A stretch of 64,000 nucleotides of DNA. Origin: Calditrichia bacterium. Lineage in GTDB: Bacteria > Calditrichota > Calditrichia > JAJRVZ01. The DNA lies in assembly GCA_963796965.1 (NCBI GenBank), contig CAWCNS010000005.1, positions 1,152,001 to 1,216,000 on the forward strand. The letters are read 5' to 3'. Positions 1-10,016 of this stretch are shown in pieces. The position numbers and the translations under genes are program-made. The notes below the pieces were generated by a model. The model searched no databases and had not been told where the DNA came from. It was given only the letters and a program-made list of their open reading frames with translations. Position 1 is the stretch's first letter. Each line of letters opens with the position of its first letter.

Positions 1-268
1 TTTCATATTGCTCAGCCGCTTTTCTGGCTCCAAAACTGTAATGGCAATCCTCAAAGTGGCAACCGGATACCAGTACACCATCAGCCCCCATGGCAAGTGC
101 TTTGAGTACAAATCCCGGATCAACCCGGCCCATACACATGGTACGAATAATTCTCACATTTGCAGGGTACTGTAGTCGGTTTATTCCAGCCGCATCAGCT
201 GCCGGATAACTGCACCAGTTACAGGCGAAGACGACTATTTTGGGTTCGAATTGTTTCGTTTTGGGCAT
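1..268 (-). CDS. mvhD: Methyl-viologen-reducing hydrogenase delta subunit MvhD/FlpD (runs off the left edge; absent from the ORF track)
   Basis: Manual translation from ATG at 268: [51 protein letters not shown]...[17 protein letters not shown], the MvhD [2Fe-2S] signature. Lies downstream of hdrA. Confidence 0.93.
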   Translation of the reverse strand, partial: MPKTKQFEPKIVVFACNWCSYPAADAAGINRLQYPANVRIIRTMCMGRVDPGFVLKALAMGADGVLVSGCHFEDCHYSFGARKAAEQYE

Positions 269-294
269 TCTTATTTCACTTTCTCCCATAGATA

Positions 295-323
295 AGGAGT
301 AGAGTGTTGAGAGTAGAGAGTGT
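295..323. repeat. Heptamer array (TAGAGTG TTGAGAG TAGAGAG), left arm of an inverted pair
   Basis: Read directly; approximately the reverse complement of the array at 896-950. Confidence 0.7.
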
Positions 324-344
324 ACAAATGATAGATTGTTTCAG

Positions 345-776
345 TCATTTCGATTTTAGTTTCCAAACATTTGCATTTGTCATCATTATAGAAAGCATTT
401 TACAAATATTATTATAATTACCGTATAAATCATGGCTAATCTCACCTCATTAATATACCCACAGTTTATGGCAAAATGTAGCCAGACTTCAGTTTCTGCA
501 GCCTCTGCATCAGCATCACTCAATTTACTTATAAAATGTGGTGGGATATCTTCTTTTGCGCCAGGCTTCGGCAATATTTCCGCAAACTGACCTTGATGGA
601 TCGTCTGATCTGATCTATCAAGGAATATTTTTCTTCTCTCGGCCAAAGTTTAGATTTTTGATAAATTTGCATTGCCGATATCAAAGGCTAATTGGTATAC
701 CTTCAAATCAGTATAGTTTCGAGCGAGTTTTACACTTTAGTGCGATCTTGCATGATACGTTCTTTCTACTGTCCAT
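345..776 (-). CDS. Four-helix-bundle protein (23S rRNA IVS-protein family), multiply frameshifted; start approximate
   Basis: Joining frames gives ..RNYTDLKVYQLAFDIAMQIYQKSKLWPREEKYSLIDQIRRSSRSVCGNIAEAWRKRRYPPHFISKLSDADAEAAETEVWLHFA..CGYI..YNNICKMLSIMM, the family signature. Confidence 0.85.
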
Positions 777-895
777 ATTCTCTGTTACTTTATTCTCATA
801 AATCTGCACCATCCTATGCCAAACTTAGTTACGTATTATGCATATAACGTTCACTAATTCTCTCATGTCTCAACTTACGAATATCAATCAAATAC

Positions 896-950
896 CCTCA
901 ACCCCCTACTCTCCACGCTTTACGCTCTACACTCTTCGCTCTTCTCTTCG
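896..950. repeat. Heptamer array (minus strand AAGAGCG AAGAGTG TAGAGCG TAAAGCG TGGAGAG TAGGGGG), right arm of the inverted pair
   Basis: 7-nt periodicity directly after the hdrA stop codon. Confidence 0.75.
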
Positions 951-956
951 TCAGTA

Positions 957-3900
957 TTACGCCTGCAACAAAAAAGCCTCCAACATCGATTCAATCTGTT
1001 GATCCTTAAAGTGTCGGATATCTATGGCACCGGTTGGGCAGTAGGTCGCGCATGTGCCACATCCCTCACAAAGTGCCTCGTTTACTTCAGCAATCAGAAG
1101 ACCTGCATGATCTGATAATTTTAGAGCGCCATATTCGCAGACATCTATACAGGTTCCACAACCACGGCAGAGTTCTTTCTGGACATAAGATGTGATCGGC
1201 TCCATCCATATGGTAGACCGGGCTAATAAAGCATCAACTTTAGCAGCTACTGCATTTGCCTGAGATATCGAATCAGCAATATCCTTGGGACCCTGAGCAC
1301 AACCAGCAATAAAAACGCCCTGAATATTGGTTTCCACTGGTCCGAATTTTGGATGCTTTTCCATTAGAAATCCATCCATTCCCACAGGAATCTTTATATA
1401 TTTTAATATGTTATCTACCGATGCTCCTGCAGGTCTCATACCCACAGACAAGACAAGCAAGTCGACAGGAATTGCTATAACCGTATTTAATACAGGATCT
1501 TTAAAGTGAATTGATTCTACCTGCCCATCGCCTGTGAGTTGAGGCAAGTTGTCCGGCGTATATCTGACAAATGTCACTCCTGCTTCGCGCGCTGCCCGAT
1601 ACATGGTTTCTGCCTCATGATGATAGACACGAATATCACGGTGAAAAATCGTAACATGGATATCCATCTTACGCAAAGCAAGTGCTTGCTTTATAGCAGC
1701 CTGACAACAATATCTGGAACATTCCGGTAAACCCTCTTCCCCACGAGAACCAACACATTGGACGTAAGCGACATGTGAAATTGGCTTTCCTTCAAAATGT
1801 GGTTTGCTGGTAGATGGAAACCACTTTTCCATCTCCATATTCGTGATAACATTGGGATATTCTAAGAATCCGAATTCGCCTTCATCTGGATGATACAATT
1901 GAAATCCTGTAGCCAACACTATCGCTCCAACCTCGAGTGGGGGTGGGGCGATTTGTCCATTCACCGGTTTCAATCTGACCTTGAAATTACCAACATAGCC
2001 GCTAATATGATCGATACTACTTTCTGTGAATATTTTAACATCACGTTCGTAGACTTCTTTAATTTTCTTTTTTATTAACTTCTCTCCCGAATCACCACTC
2101 GGGTAGAGCGAGTGAAGTTGTGTGGTTACCCCACCCAGGTGTTCGTTTTTTTCAACGAGAAAAACGCCATATTCACGCCCCGCTAACTGGACCGCAGTCT
2201 CAATACCTGCAATTCCACCTCCTATTACTAATACATTATGTCCTATCTCCATCTCTTTTGGTTCGAGGGGTTCCAATTTTTTTACACGGGCCACAGCCAT
2301 ACGGATCAGATCCTTCGCTTTTTCAAACGCAGCCCCGGGATCCTGTTGATGCACCCAGGAGCAGTGATCACGAATATTCGCCATTTCAAGGAGATAGGGA
2401 TTAAGACCAATCTTTCGTAACGATTCACGGAAAATAGGCTCATGGGTGCGGGGTGTGCAGGCAGCGATCACGACCCTGTTAAGTTTATGCTCAATAATTC
2501 TTTCCTGGATATTTCGTTGGGTACTCTCTGAGCAGGCAAACAATAAATTATCGGCAAAGACAACCTCAGGTAATATTGCTGCATATTCTTTCAAATCGGC
2601 GACATCAAGAACACCGGCAATATTTGATCCACAATGACAGACAAAAACACCAATTCGTGGTGATCCGGAGTAGTCATAATCCGGCATTTCCTCTTTTATA
2701 TCCGGAAGTTTGTAGGGCGAAAGAAACTGTGCTGCCCGCATTGCAGCACCTGAGGCTTCGGCAATTGAATCTGTAATATCCTTAGGGCCGGTAGAACATC
2801 CACAAAGAAAGATACCCTCGCGTGTAGAACTGATCGGTTCACCACAAGTATCAGCAGGAGAAAAGAAACCACGATTATCTGTATTGATTCCCAATATACT
2901 CGCTAAGTTATGAGAGCCCGATGCCGGGACTAATGCTTCGGATAGAACTACCATCTCAGATCTGATATGCTCGGTCTTCCCATTTTCAACATTCTCAACA
3001 AGTATAATTAAATCTCCTGTATTTTCATCCTCTTCAATTTTCGATGGTTTTCCTTTAATAAAATTCACCCCCGCTTCATGCAAAGTCCGGTAATAAAATT
3101 GCTCAAATCCTTTCCCAAAAGCACGTATGTCAATATAAAAGATATTGATTTCCGCTGTTGGGTTTGATTCTCTGACAAGTAAAGCACTTTTCATGGCATT
3201 CATGCAACAGATCCTGCTGCAGTAAGGGATATCCTGATGGATACAGCGTGATCCAACACATTGGATAAATGAAATATGATGAGGCTCTTTTTTGTCAGTA
3301 AATCGGAGAAGTTTACCGGCAGATGGACCACCGGGGCTGAGTAACCTTTCCAGTTCAATGCTATTAACCACATTCTGAAATCGCGTATATCCATATTCAC
3401 TCGCTTCGCGGGGATCGAAATAATCTATACCAGTGGCACATACAACCGCGCCGACTTCGATTTCAAATATTTTGTCTCCCATATCCAGATCAATACAGTT
3501 TTTTTGACACACCTCCATACATTTTCCACAAGCAATGGGATTTGTTCCTAGACAATCCTGGGATGATCTTATATAACCAGCTGGAACAGCCTGGGCAAAG
3601 GGAGAATAAATGGCCCGCCTCAGGGCTAGACCTTCATCAAATTCATTAGGGTACTAAAACCGGACAAACATTGCTGCACTCCCCACAGGCAGTGCATTCA
3701 TTCTCATCCACAAATCGGGCGTTCTGCCTGATTTTAGCCTTGAATTTACCTGGTTTTCCCTTAACCGCCAGCACTTCGCTATGGGTGAGTAATTCAATAT
3801 TGGGATGTCGACCGACATCCATCATCTTAGGACCCAAAATTCATATAGCGCAGTCCATACTGGGAAAGGTTTTATCCAATTTAGCCATGGTACCGCCAAT

Positions 3901-4038
3901 GCTGGGTTGTCGCTCAACCAGGTATACCTGAAACTGAGCGTCTGCCAGATCCAAGGCCGCCTGGATACCGGCGATACCCCCCCCAATAATGAGGGCACCT
4001 TTTGGCCTCTCCATTACTTCCTTCATAAAGAATCCCAT
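957..4038 (-). CDS. hdrA: Heterodisulfide reductase subunit A-like flavoprotein, tandem form, with selenocysteine (UGA at 3841-3843) and one frameshift near 3649
   Basis: GGGIAG FAD motifs occur twice, plus [29 protein letters not shown] / [26 protein letters not shown] and ferredoxin CxxCxxC motifs. ORFs 3841-4038, 3646-3837 and 957-3518 join into one protein. Confidence 0.93.
3803..3820 (-). promoter_or_regulatory. Candidate bacterial SECIS hairpin GGAUGUC-GGUC-GACAUCC
   Basis: Perfect 7-bp stem with a GGUC loop starting 20 nt 3' of the in-frame UGA. Confidence 0.8.
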
Positions 4039-4049
4039 CTTTAATTAAA

Positions 4050-4195
4050 AGATACCGGATGCTCGATACTCAATGCAGGATAACAAAACCTATAGTTATA
4101 AAATCCTAAGTTCTAATATCTAAATTCTAAATAAATCCAAATTCCCAATTCCTAATTTCCAAATCTCACATCGCATATCTCAATTCGCCCATCGC
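4050..4195. repeat. Degenerate heptamer arrays (AAATCCT AAGTTCT AATATCT AAATTCT ... AATTCCC AATTCCT AATTTCC) between the gamma-subunit gene and hdrA
   Basis: Visible 7-nt periodicity. Confidence 0.65.
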
Positions 4196-4196
4196 T

Positions 4197-4769
4197 TCAT
4201 TCTACCACCGCTTTAGAGGTTTTCTCAACCAGTTGCTTCCCATATTCGTAGCCCGTTTCGAAAGCCTTTAGATTTATTTCCTCCGTACCCGGGGGCACAG
4301 ATGATTCAACGGCTTCTCGTGAGGCTTCGTGAGAGGTAATACCTGTCGTGGCTGCAAAAAATCCAACAGTAATAATATTCATTACGATTTTTCGACCCAT
4401 TTCTTCAGCCAGACGTGTTGCCGGAATAGCAAACAGCTTCACTCCTTTTGGGACCTTGTCAGGCTGAACCAGATCTTTTTCAACCAGCATCGTTCCACCA
4501 GGTTTAAGTTCACCTCCAAATCGCTCAAAAGCATCCCGTGAAAGAATAATTGAAATATTAGGTTGTACCAGATAAGGATAGAGAATTTGCGATTCAGAAA
4601 TCAATAATTGTGCAGAGCAGGAACTTCCTCTGGCTTCCGGTCCAAAACTTTGAATTAATGTTGAAAATTTATTGTCAAAAATTGCTGCCGCTTTACCAAT
4701 GATATAGCCGGCCAGAATAATACCCTGTCCGCCAAATCCAGCGATCCGAATTTCAATATTATTCTTCAT
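4197..4769 (-). CDS. 2-oxoacid:ferredoxin oxidoreductase gamma subunit (operon 1)
   Basis: EIRIAGFGGQG, QSFGPEARGSSC; GGAG RBS before the ATG at 4769. Confidence 0.92.
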   Translation of the reverse strand: MKNNIEIRIAGFGGQGIILAGYIIGKAAAIFDNKFSTLIQSFGPEARGSSCSAQLLISESQILYPYLVQPNISIILSRDAFERFGGELKPGGTMLVEKDLVQPDKVPKGVKLFAIPATRLAEEMGRKIVMNIITVGFFAATTGITSHEASREAVESSVPPGTEEINLKAFETGYEYGKQLVEKTSKAVVE

Positions 4770-5688
4770 CTTCCACTCCATACGGTTTAAATTTATCTCC
4801 TAATTTTGCTTTTAAATATTCATTATAATCTGTCCAGGTAATCTGGTTTTATCAATATCAACAAATTTGCCAACCTTTATTTTACTCTGAAATTGAATAT
4901 CCACATCCTTGGGATCTGCCCCATTGACTGATCACTGAATTATCATGATAAAATTTCATCAGATCTAATCCACAGCCCAGTTTGTTTTTCCTGGCATAAA
5001 GTGTTGTACAGGGACAAATAACCTCAACAAAAGAAAATCCCTTTTTCTCAATGCTTCAGTCATTGAATTGGTCAGTCGGCGTACATGAAGGGCTGTCCAG
5101 CGGGCAACATATACTGCACCACAGGATGCAACCAGTGCAGGAAGATTAAATGGATTTTCATAACTTCCATATGGTGCAGTTGTGGCAATAGCGGTAGGTG
5201 GTGTTGTTGGCGCTACTTGCCCACCGGTCATGGCATAAATAAAATTATTTACACATATAATCGTAATATCAATATTTCGTCGGGCGGTATGAATAAGATG
5301 ATTACCACCAATCGAACTGAAAATCTCCATCTCCACTTATAACAACGACTTTTAGATTGGATTGGCCAATTTTAAACCAACTGCAAAGGGAATTGCCCGG
5401 CCATGGGTCGTATGAAAAGAATCCTGTTTAATATATCCGGCAACACGTCCACTGCATCCAATTCCGGACACAACACAAACATCATCACGATCAAATTCTG
5501 TCTTTTTTAACGCTTCAACAAAACAGGTAACACTGTTCCAATTCCACAGGTTGAACACCAGATATGCGGAATCCGATCCATCCGCAGCCAGGATTCCAGA
5601 GGATGTTCCATTGACATCACTCGTTCTTTTTCTCTTTTTTGATTGGTTTATTCACTTTCTTCGGTTTTTCTATCGTGTCTACTTTCAT
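4759..5688 (-). CDS. 2-oxoacid:ferredoxin oxidoreductase beta subunit (operon 1), multiply frameshifted
   Basis: PHIWCSTCGIG, SGIGCSGR, HTTHGRA, GDGD-like TPP motif, NNFIYAMTGGQVAPTTP spread across fragments. Confidence 0.88.
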
Positions 5689-6847
5689 TTATATGCCTCC
5701 TGAATGGCCTTAAATATGTCTTCCGGTTGATGTACAGTTCCCCCACCATGTGGGACAAGTATAGTTTTACATTGACCGGCAGCACATCGTTCAACTTCTA
5801 ACACAATTTGTCCATAATTCATTTCCGGTACGACAAAAGCCTTTACTTTTCTTGCCAATTCTCGTGATTCTTTTTTCCGGAAATGGCCAGATAGTTAATA
5901 AGCCGCAGACGACCCAAATTTTTCAATCCACTTTCCTCTGCCATTTGAATCGCCCGCAAAGCAACCCGGGAGGTAATTCCATAGGAAATGACAATTACTT
6001 CAGCCTTTTCTATATTTTCCTCTTCAATGATGATGATATCATCAGCATTCTTTTTGATTTTATCCATCAGTCGTCGGACACATTTTTCCTGTGTCTTCCA
6101 GTCCATGACAGGATATCCTTTTTCATCATGTGTTAATCCGGTTACATGAAACTGATACCCGTCACCGGCTTTAACCATATCCGGCACCAGATTGTCACCA
6201 TATTCAAAAGGCAAATAGTCGTCAGGTTTTTTATTGGTACATTTACGTTCATCAATTAAGATTTTATCAGCGGAAGGAATGACAACTTTTTCCGTCATAT
6301 GTCCGACACATTCATCCATCATAAAAAAAACAGGTACCCGGTATTTTTCGGATAGATTGAAAGCAGTAATCACTAAATCAAAACATTCCTGTGGTGAATT
6401 GGGACAGAGTGCAATAATTTCATAATCCCCATGAGATCCCCATCGGGCTTGCATCATATCCGCTTGACCAGGTAAGGTTGGTAATCCGGTCGAAGGACCT
6501 CCTCTCTGAACATTAACAACCACACATGGTGTTTCCAGCATGACACCAAAGCCAATATTTTCCATCATTAAAGAAAAACCCGGTCCGGAGGTAACCGTCA
6601 TGGATTTTACACCAGCCCAGGCAGCACCTAGAATTGCCGCCATGGAGGCAATTTCATCTTCCATCTGTATAAAAAAACCACCAACAAGCGGAAATCTTTC
6701 AGAGACTCTTTCAGCCACTTCCGTTGAAGGTGTGATCGGATACCCGGCAAAAAACCGGCAACCCGCGGCAATAGCACCTTCAGCACAGGCTTTATCTCCA
6801 TCCAGATAATGATCACCGGTTAAAACACCATTAGGCTCAGCTTTCAT
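5685..6847 (-). CDS. 2-oxoacid:ferredoxin oxidoreductase alpha subunit (operon 1), frameshift near the 3' end
   Basis: FFAGYPITPSTE, QMEDEIAS, TSGPGFSLM, QRGGPSTGLPT; AAGGAG RBS before the ATG at 6847. Confidence 0.92.
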
Positions 6848-7117
6848 AACGTTGCTCCTTTTCGTCTTTAAAACAACATAAATCGCAAATTCAGGGCATA
6901 ACATTTCACATAATTGACAGTGAACACAGTTTTCCGGTTCCATAACAATAGGAGGATGGTACCCTTTCTCATTAAATTCAGAAGAAAGTTCGAGAATATC
7001 CTTAGGGCAGTACTCAACACAGAAACTGCATCCTTTACATCTTTCATTAATAATGTGCACCTCACCGGACGGTATCCGGACGCGGTTTACATCCAAGGGT
7101 GTTCGCCAATATTTCAT
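6837..7117 (-). CDS. 2x[4Fe-4S] ferredoxin delta subunit (operon 1)
   Basis: CKGCSFCVEYCP and CVHCQLCEMLCPEFAI motifs. Confidence 0.88.
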
Positions 7118-7743
7118 GGATCCCCCAATGGTTTGTAAAGATATGTGTGACTTATCCACCTGCGTAAAGATTGGATCAAATGAATTGTTCGAAAATTGGA
7201 AATTTAAAAATTAACAAATCCAAGTACCGGGTTAGTACTGAAGTGTGATAGATTTAGAAGGAAGAGGCGTATGAGAAGTAAGGGATCTTTTCAGGTTGAT
7301 CATCGTGATCAATGATTTCAATTGAACCAAAGTCCAATGGTTCATTACCAGTCCCAATAGGAGTATGTGTCTCAGACAAACCGTTAACCCATAACGAGTT
7401 AGATCAGATTCCAGACGCGTATACGGCTTTAATATAGGACAAATTGCCATAATTGTCAATCAGTTTGTAAAGGGTAAAAATAATCATGGTATAAGATTCT
7501 GCTGAAAATTGAATATTGAATATTTTTATGGATTTCAGCAAGCACAGAATGTATATTAGTTCAAATCTGACATATTTTTTAACTCAAATTCCTGCTCTTA
7601 CGATTTCTACCTTGCTCTGCGACCCTAGATCCGGACTAATACTCAAACGTTATTCCACTACCTTTATCTCTGAATGAGAACCTGAACCTGTTTTTATTAT
7701 CTTATTTACAGGTATACCAAATTCAAATAAATCAGGAGCTTTT

Positions 7744-8331
7744 ATGGAAAACTATCCAAAAGAAGTTACCTTAAAAAATGATAGCCCTGCCATTCTACGT
7801 CTGCTAAAAGAAGATGATATCGAGGAATTGATCACGTTTTTTTGTGCCCTTCCTCTTGAAGACCGCATGTATTTGAGGGCAGACGTCACGATACGTGAGA
7901 ATATACTCAGAAGGTTTGGCAAGTTGAACTACGATTTAATCTATCCGATTATTGCCTTGGATGAAGACAGAATTGTAGCGATAGCCACCCTATACAGGGC
8001 CGAATTTGGCTGGATGAGAAATTTAGGAGAGATAAGAGTTGTGGTATCGCCTGAATTCCAGAGGAAAGGCCTATGTACGCTGCTAACCAGAGAAATTTTC
8101 TTTCATGGTCTGACAACAGATTTGTATAAAATTCAAGCGGAAATGACGGAGGATCAGGTAGCTGCGGTAAATGCATTTGAACGCCTCGGATTTAAAAAGG
8201 AGACGGTTTTACGAAAACATGTGACTGATATTAATGGAAACCGCAGTAATCTGATTATTATGAGCCTTGATATCCAGGATATGTGGTATTTAATGGAAGA
8301 TTTTATAAAAGGCCAGTTTTATGTGACTTAA
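7744..8331 (+). CDS. GNAT N-acetyltransferase, resembling the GNAT domain of Pat-type protein lysine acetyltransferases
   Basis: Motif A VVVSPEFQRKGLC and AFERLGF; N-terminal YPKEVTLK..ILRLLKEDD; GGAG RBS. Confidence 0.85.
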   Translation: MENYPKEVTLKNDSPAILRLLKEDDIEELITFFCALPLEDRMYLRADVTIRENILRRFGKLNYDLIYPIIALDEDRIVAIATLYRAEFGWMRNLGEIRVVVSPEFQRKGLCTLLTREIFFHGLTTDLYKIQAEMTEDQVAAVNAFERLGFKKETVLRKHVTDINGNRSNLIIMSLDIQDMWYLMEDFIKGQFYVT

Positions 8332-8381
8332 GGTATACTGATTGTTCACAAAATAAATTAGCCTGGTTTGTTCATAAATTT

Positions 8382-8521
8382 CTCACGCAAAGCCGCTAAG
8401 TCGCAAAGGTATAACTACTTATATGTTCTAAATATGAGAGAATTTTATTTAAATAAAGTCCAAAGAATTTAACATAACTCAAATATAAATAAACCTTTGC
8501 GTCTCTGCGTCTTTGCGAGAG
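8382..8521. repeat. MITE-like element with inverted octamer arms (CGCAAAG.. / ..CTTTGCG)
   Basis: ctcacgcaaagccgctaagtcgcaaaggt ... acctttgcgtctctgcgtctttgcgagag enclosing an AT-rich spacer. Confidence 0.75.
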
Positions 8522-8703
8522 TTGAAGTTTCCAGGTTAACTGTATTATTCATGAATAATTTGGATGTATTATTTTAGCTCATGATGACGAAATTTCTAAA
8601 CAAGAAGGAGTAATAAAGTGTCAGAGTAAAGATAAATAAAATTTCAATATCCAATACTCATTACTCCCTTAATAGAGCCATACATACTCAAAGGATTCAT
8701 TTC

Positions 8704-9475
8704 ATGTATGAAGAAATCCGCAAACCAAGAATGCTACAAGATGTGCCAATATCGATCATCAGACCTCTTCCGGTTCTTTATTATACCAATAAATTTGTTA
8801 CCGGCCGTATCAGACGTAGAGTTCGGGAACTATATCAGTCAAATCTAATCTACCTGGGTGATGCGCTGAATGAGATTTCATATATTATTAATAATAATGA
8901 ATTTAGGGATTTATCACTATCTGTCCGCTCACTCAGCAAGACGATTTCAGCTGAAAAATTTCAATAATATTCAATTAATTAGTATTGAATTGTCCCGCTT
9001 ATGCACCCAAGTTAAATCTGAGTTAAGGAAAAACAGTCTAGAAATAAAAACACAAACAATGAGTCTTTATACCATGCAGGTTGATCCCTTAAGAGTATTG
9101 CTGATTTCAATGGACCAAAATACGGACACTATTCAAAAGGTAATGGGGATATTAAAAGGCTTTTGTCAATACAGCACAGACTGTTCTGGTTATAACAGTT
9201 CCGATCTGAGTCATAAAATAGTAAATGCAGAATACATTCTCTTTTCCTCAACATCTTCACCTGATATTCACCAGCAGGTAAAAAAATTAAAAACATATCA
9301 AATTCCTGGTCTTGCTCTGGTCCCGATCGATAAAAAAGGATTAAATCTTGAAAAAGCCATACGACATGGCTCACAATTATTAAAAATCGGATTCCCGGTT
9401 CTTTTCAGGGTATTTACACCACTTCGCCTGTTTACTACGATTGAGAAAACCTACCTGGCCTACCATTTATCATAA
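8704..9475 (+). CDS. Hypothetical protein with a possible C-terminal pseudo-receiver domain; frameshift near 8950
   Basis: Two overlapping ORFs; the C-terminal VLLIS...YILFS...RVFTPLRLFTTIEK follows the receiver beta/alpha pattern without the acidic pocket. Confidence 0.55.
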
Positions 9476-9781
9476 GTCCCCCCCCACTACTATCCTCTGC
9501 TTGGATTATAAAATTAAACTTTATATAATTCACTTCGTTAAATAATTGCCCGAACAATGATAGATAAAATCATTTTATAGAGACAAGAGAATTAAGAAGT
9601 GATCTTCTTAATCTTGGATGATAGTGAGGAAATTCAAGGTGCTCCCTAACCCAGGTGTCAGAAAAACTGCAAAACTTGTTTTGCATAGAAAATATGCATT
9701 GATTAAATTGATAGGAATTAACAAATACAATTATGATACTTACTAAATCATGATTTTGTCTTGCTTGAATCAGGGGGATAA

Positions 9782-10003
9782 ATGAACCAAAAAGCTCGTG
9801 TGATTATCAATGAGATCTGGTGTAAAGGCTGCGAAATATGTGTCGACATCTGTCCCCGCAAAGTGCTAGTGATGCAGGATTTTGTTGCCAAGGTAGATGA
9901 CATCGATCAGTGTACGGGATGTATGATGTGCGAACTACTCTGTCCCGATTTTGCTATTGTCGTCCACCCTCCCGAGAAGAAAAAAAAATCCATTAAGGAA
10001 TAA
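9782..10003 (+). CDS. korD: 2x[4Fe-4S] delta subunit (operon 2)
   Basis: CKGCEICVDICP and CTGCMMCELLCPDFAI. Confidence 0.88.
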   Translation: MNQKARVIINEIWCKGCEICVDICPRKVLVMQDFVAKVDDIDQCTGCMMCELLCPDFAIVVHPPEKKKKSIKE

Positions 10004-10016
10004 GGAGCCAACTCAT

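Noticed and set aside
1..268. Selenocysteine in MvhD
   Set aside because: The CNWC and GCH..CHY positions are encoded by TGT/TGC; no UGA in the visible part.
5843..7159. Apparent ferredoxin-alpha subunit fusion (438-aa ORF)
   Set aside because: An AAGGAG RBS precedes the internal ATG at 6847, and adding one A in TTAAAG ends the delta subunit at 6837 as in operon 2. Most likely an indel artefact.
7232..7459. 75-aa ORF or structured ncRNA in the korD1-GNAT gap
   Set aside because: No recognisable motif, RBS or known RNA family could be supported by eye.
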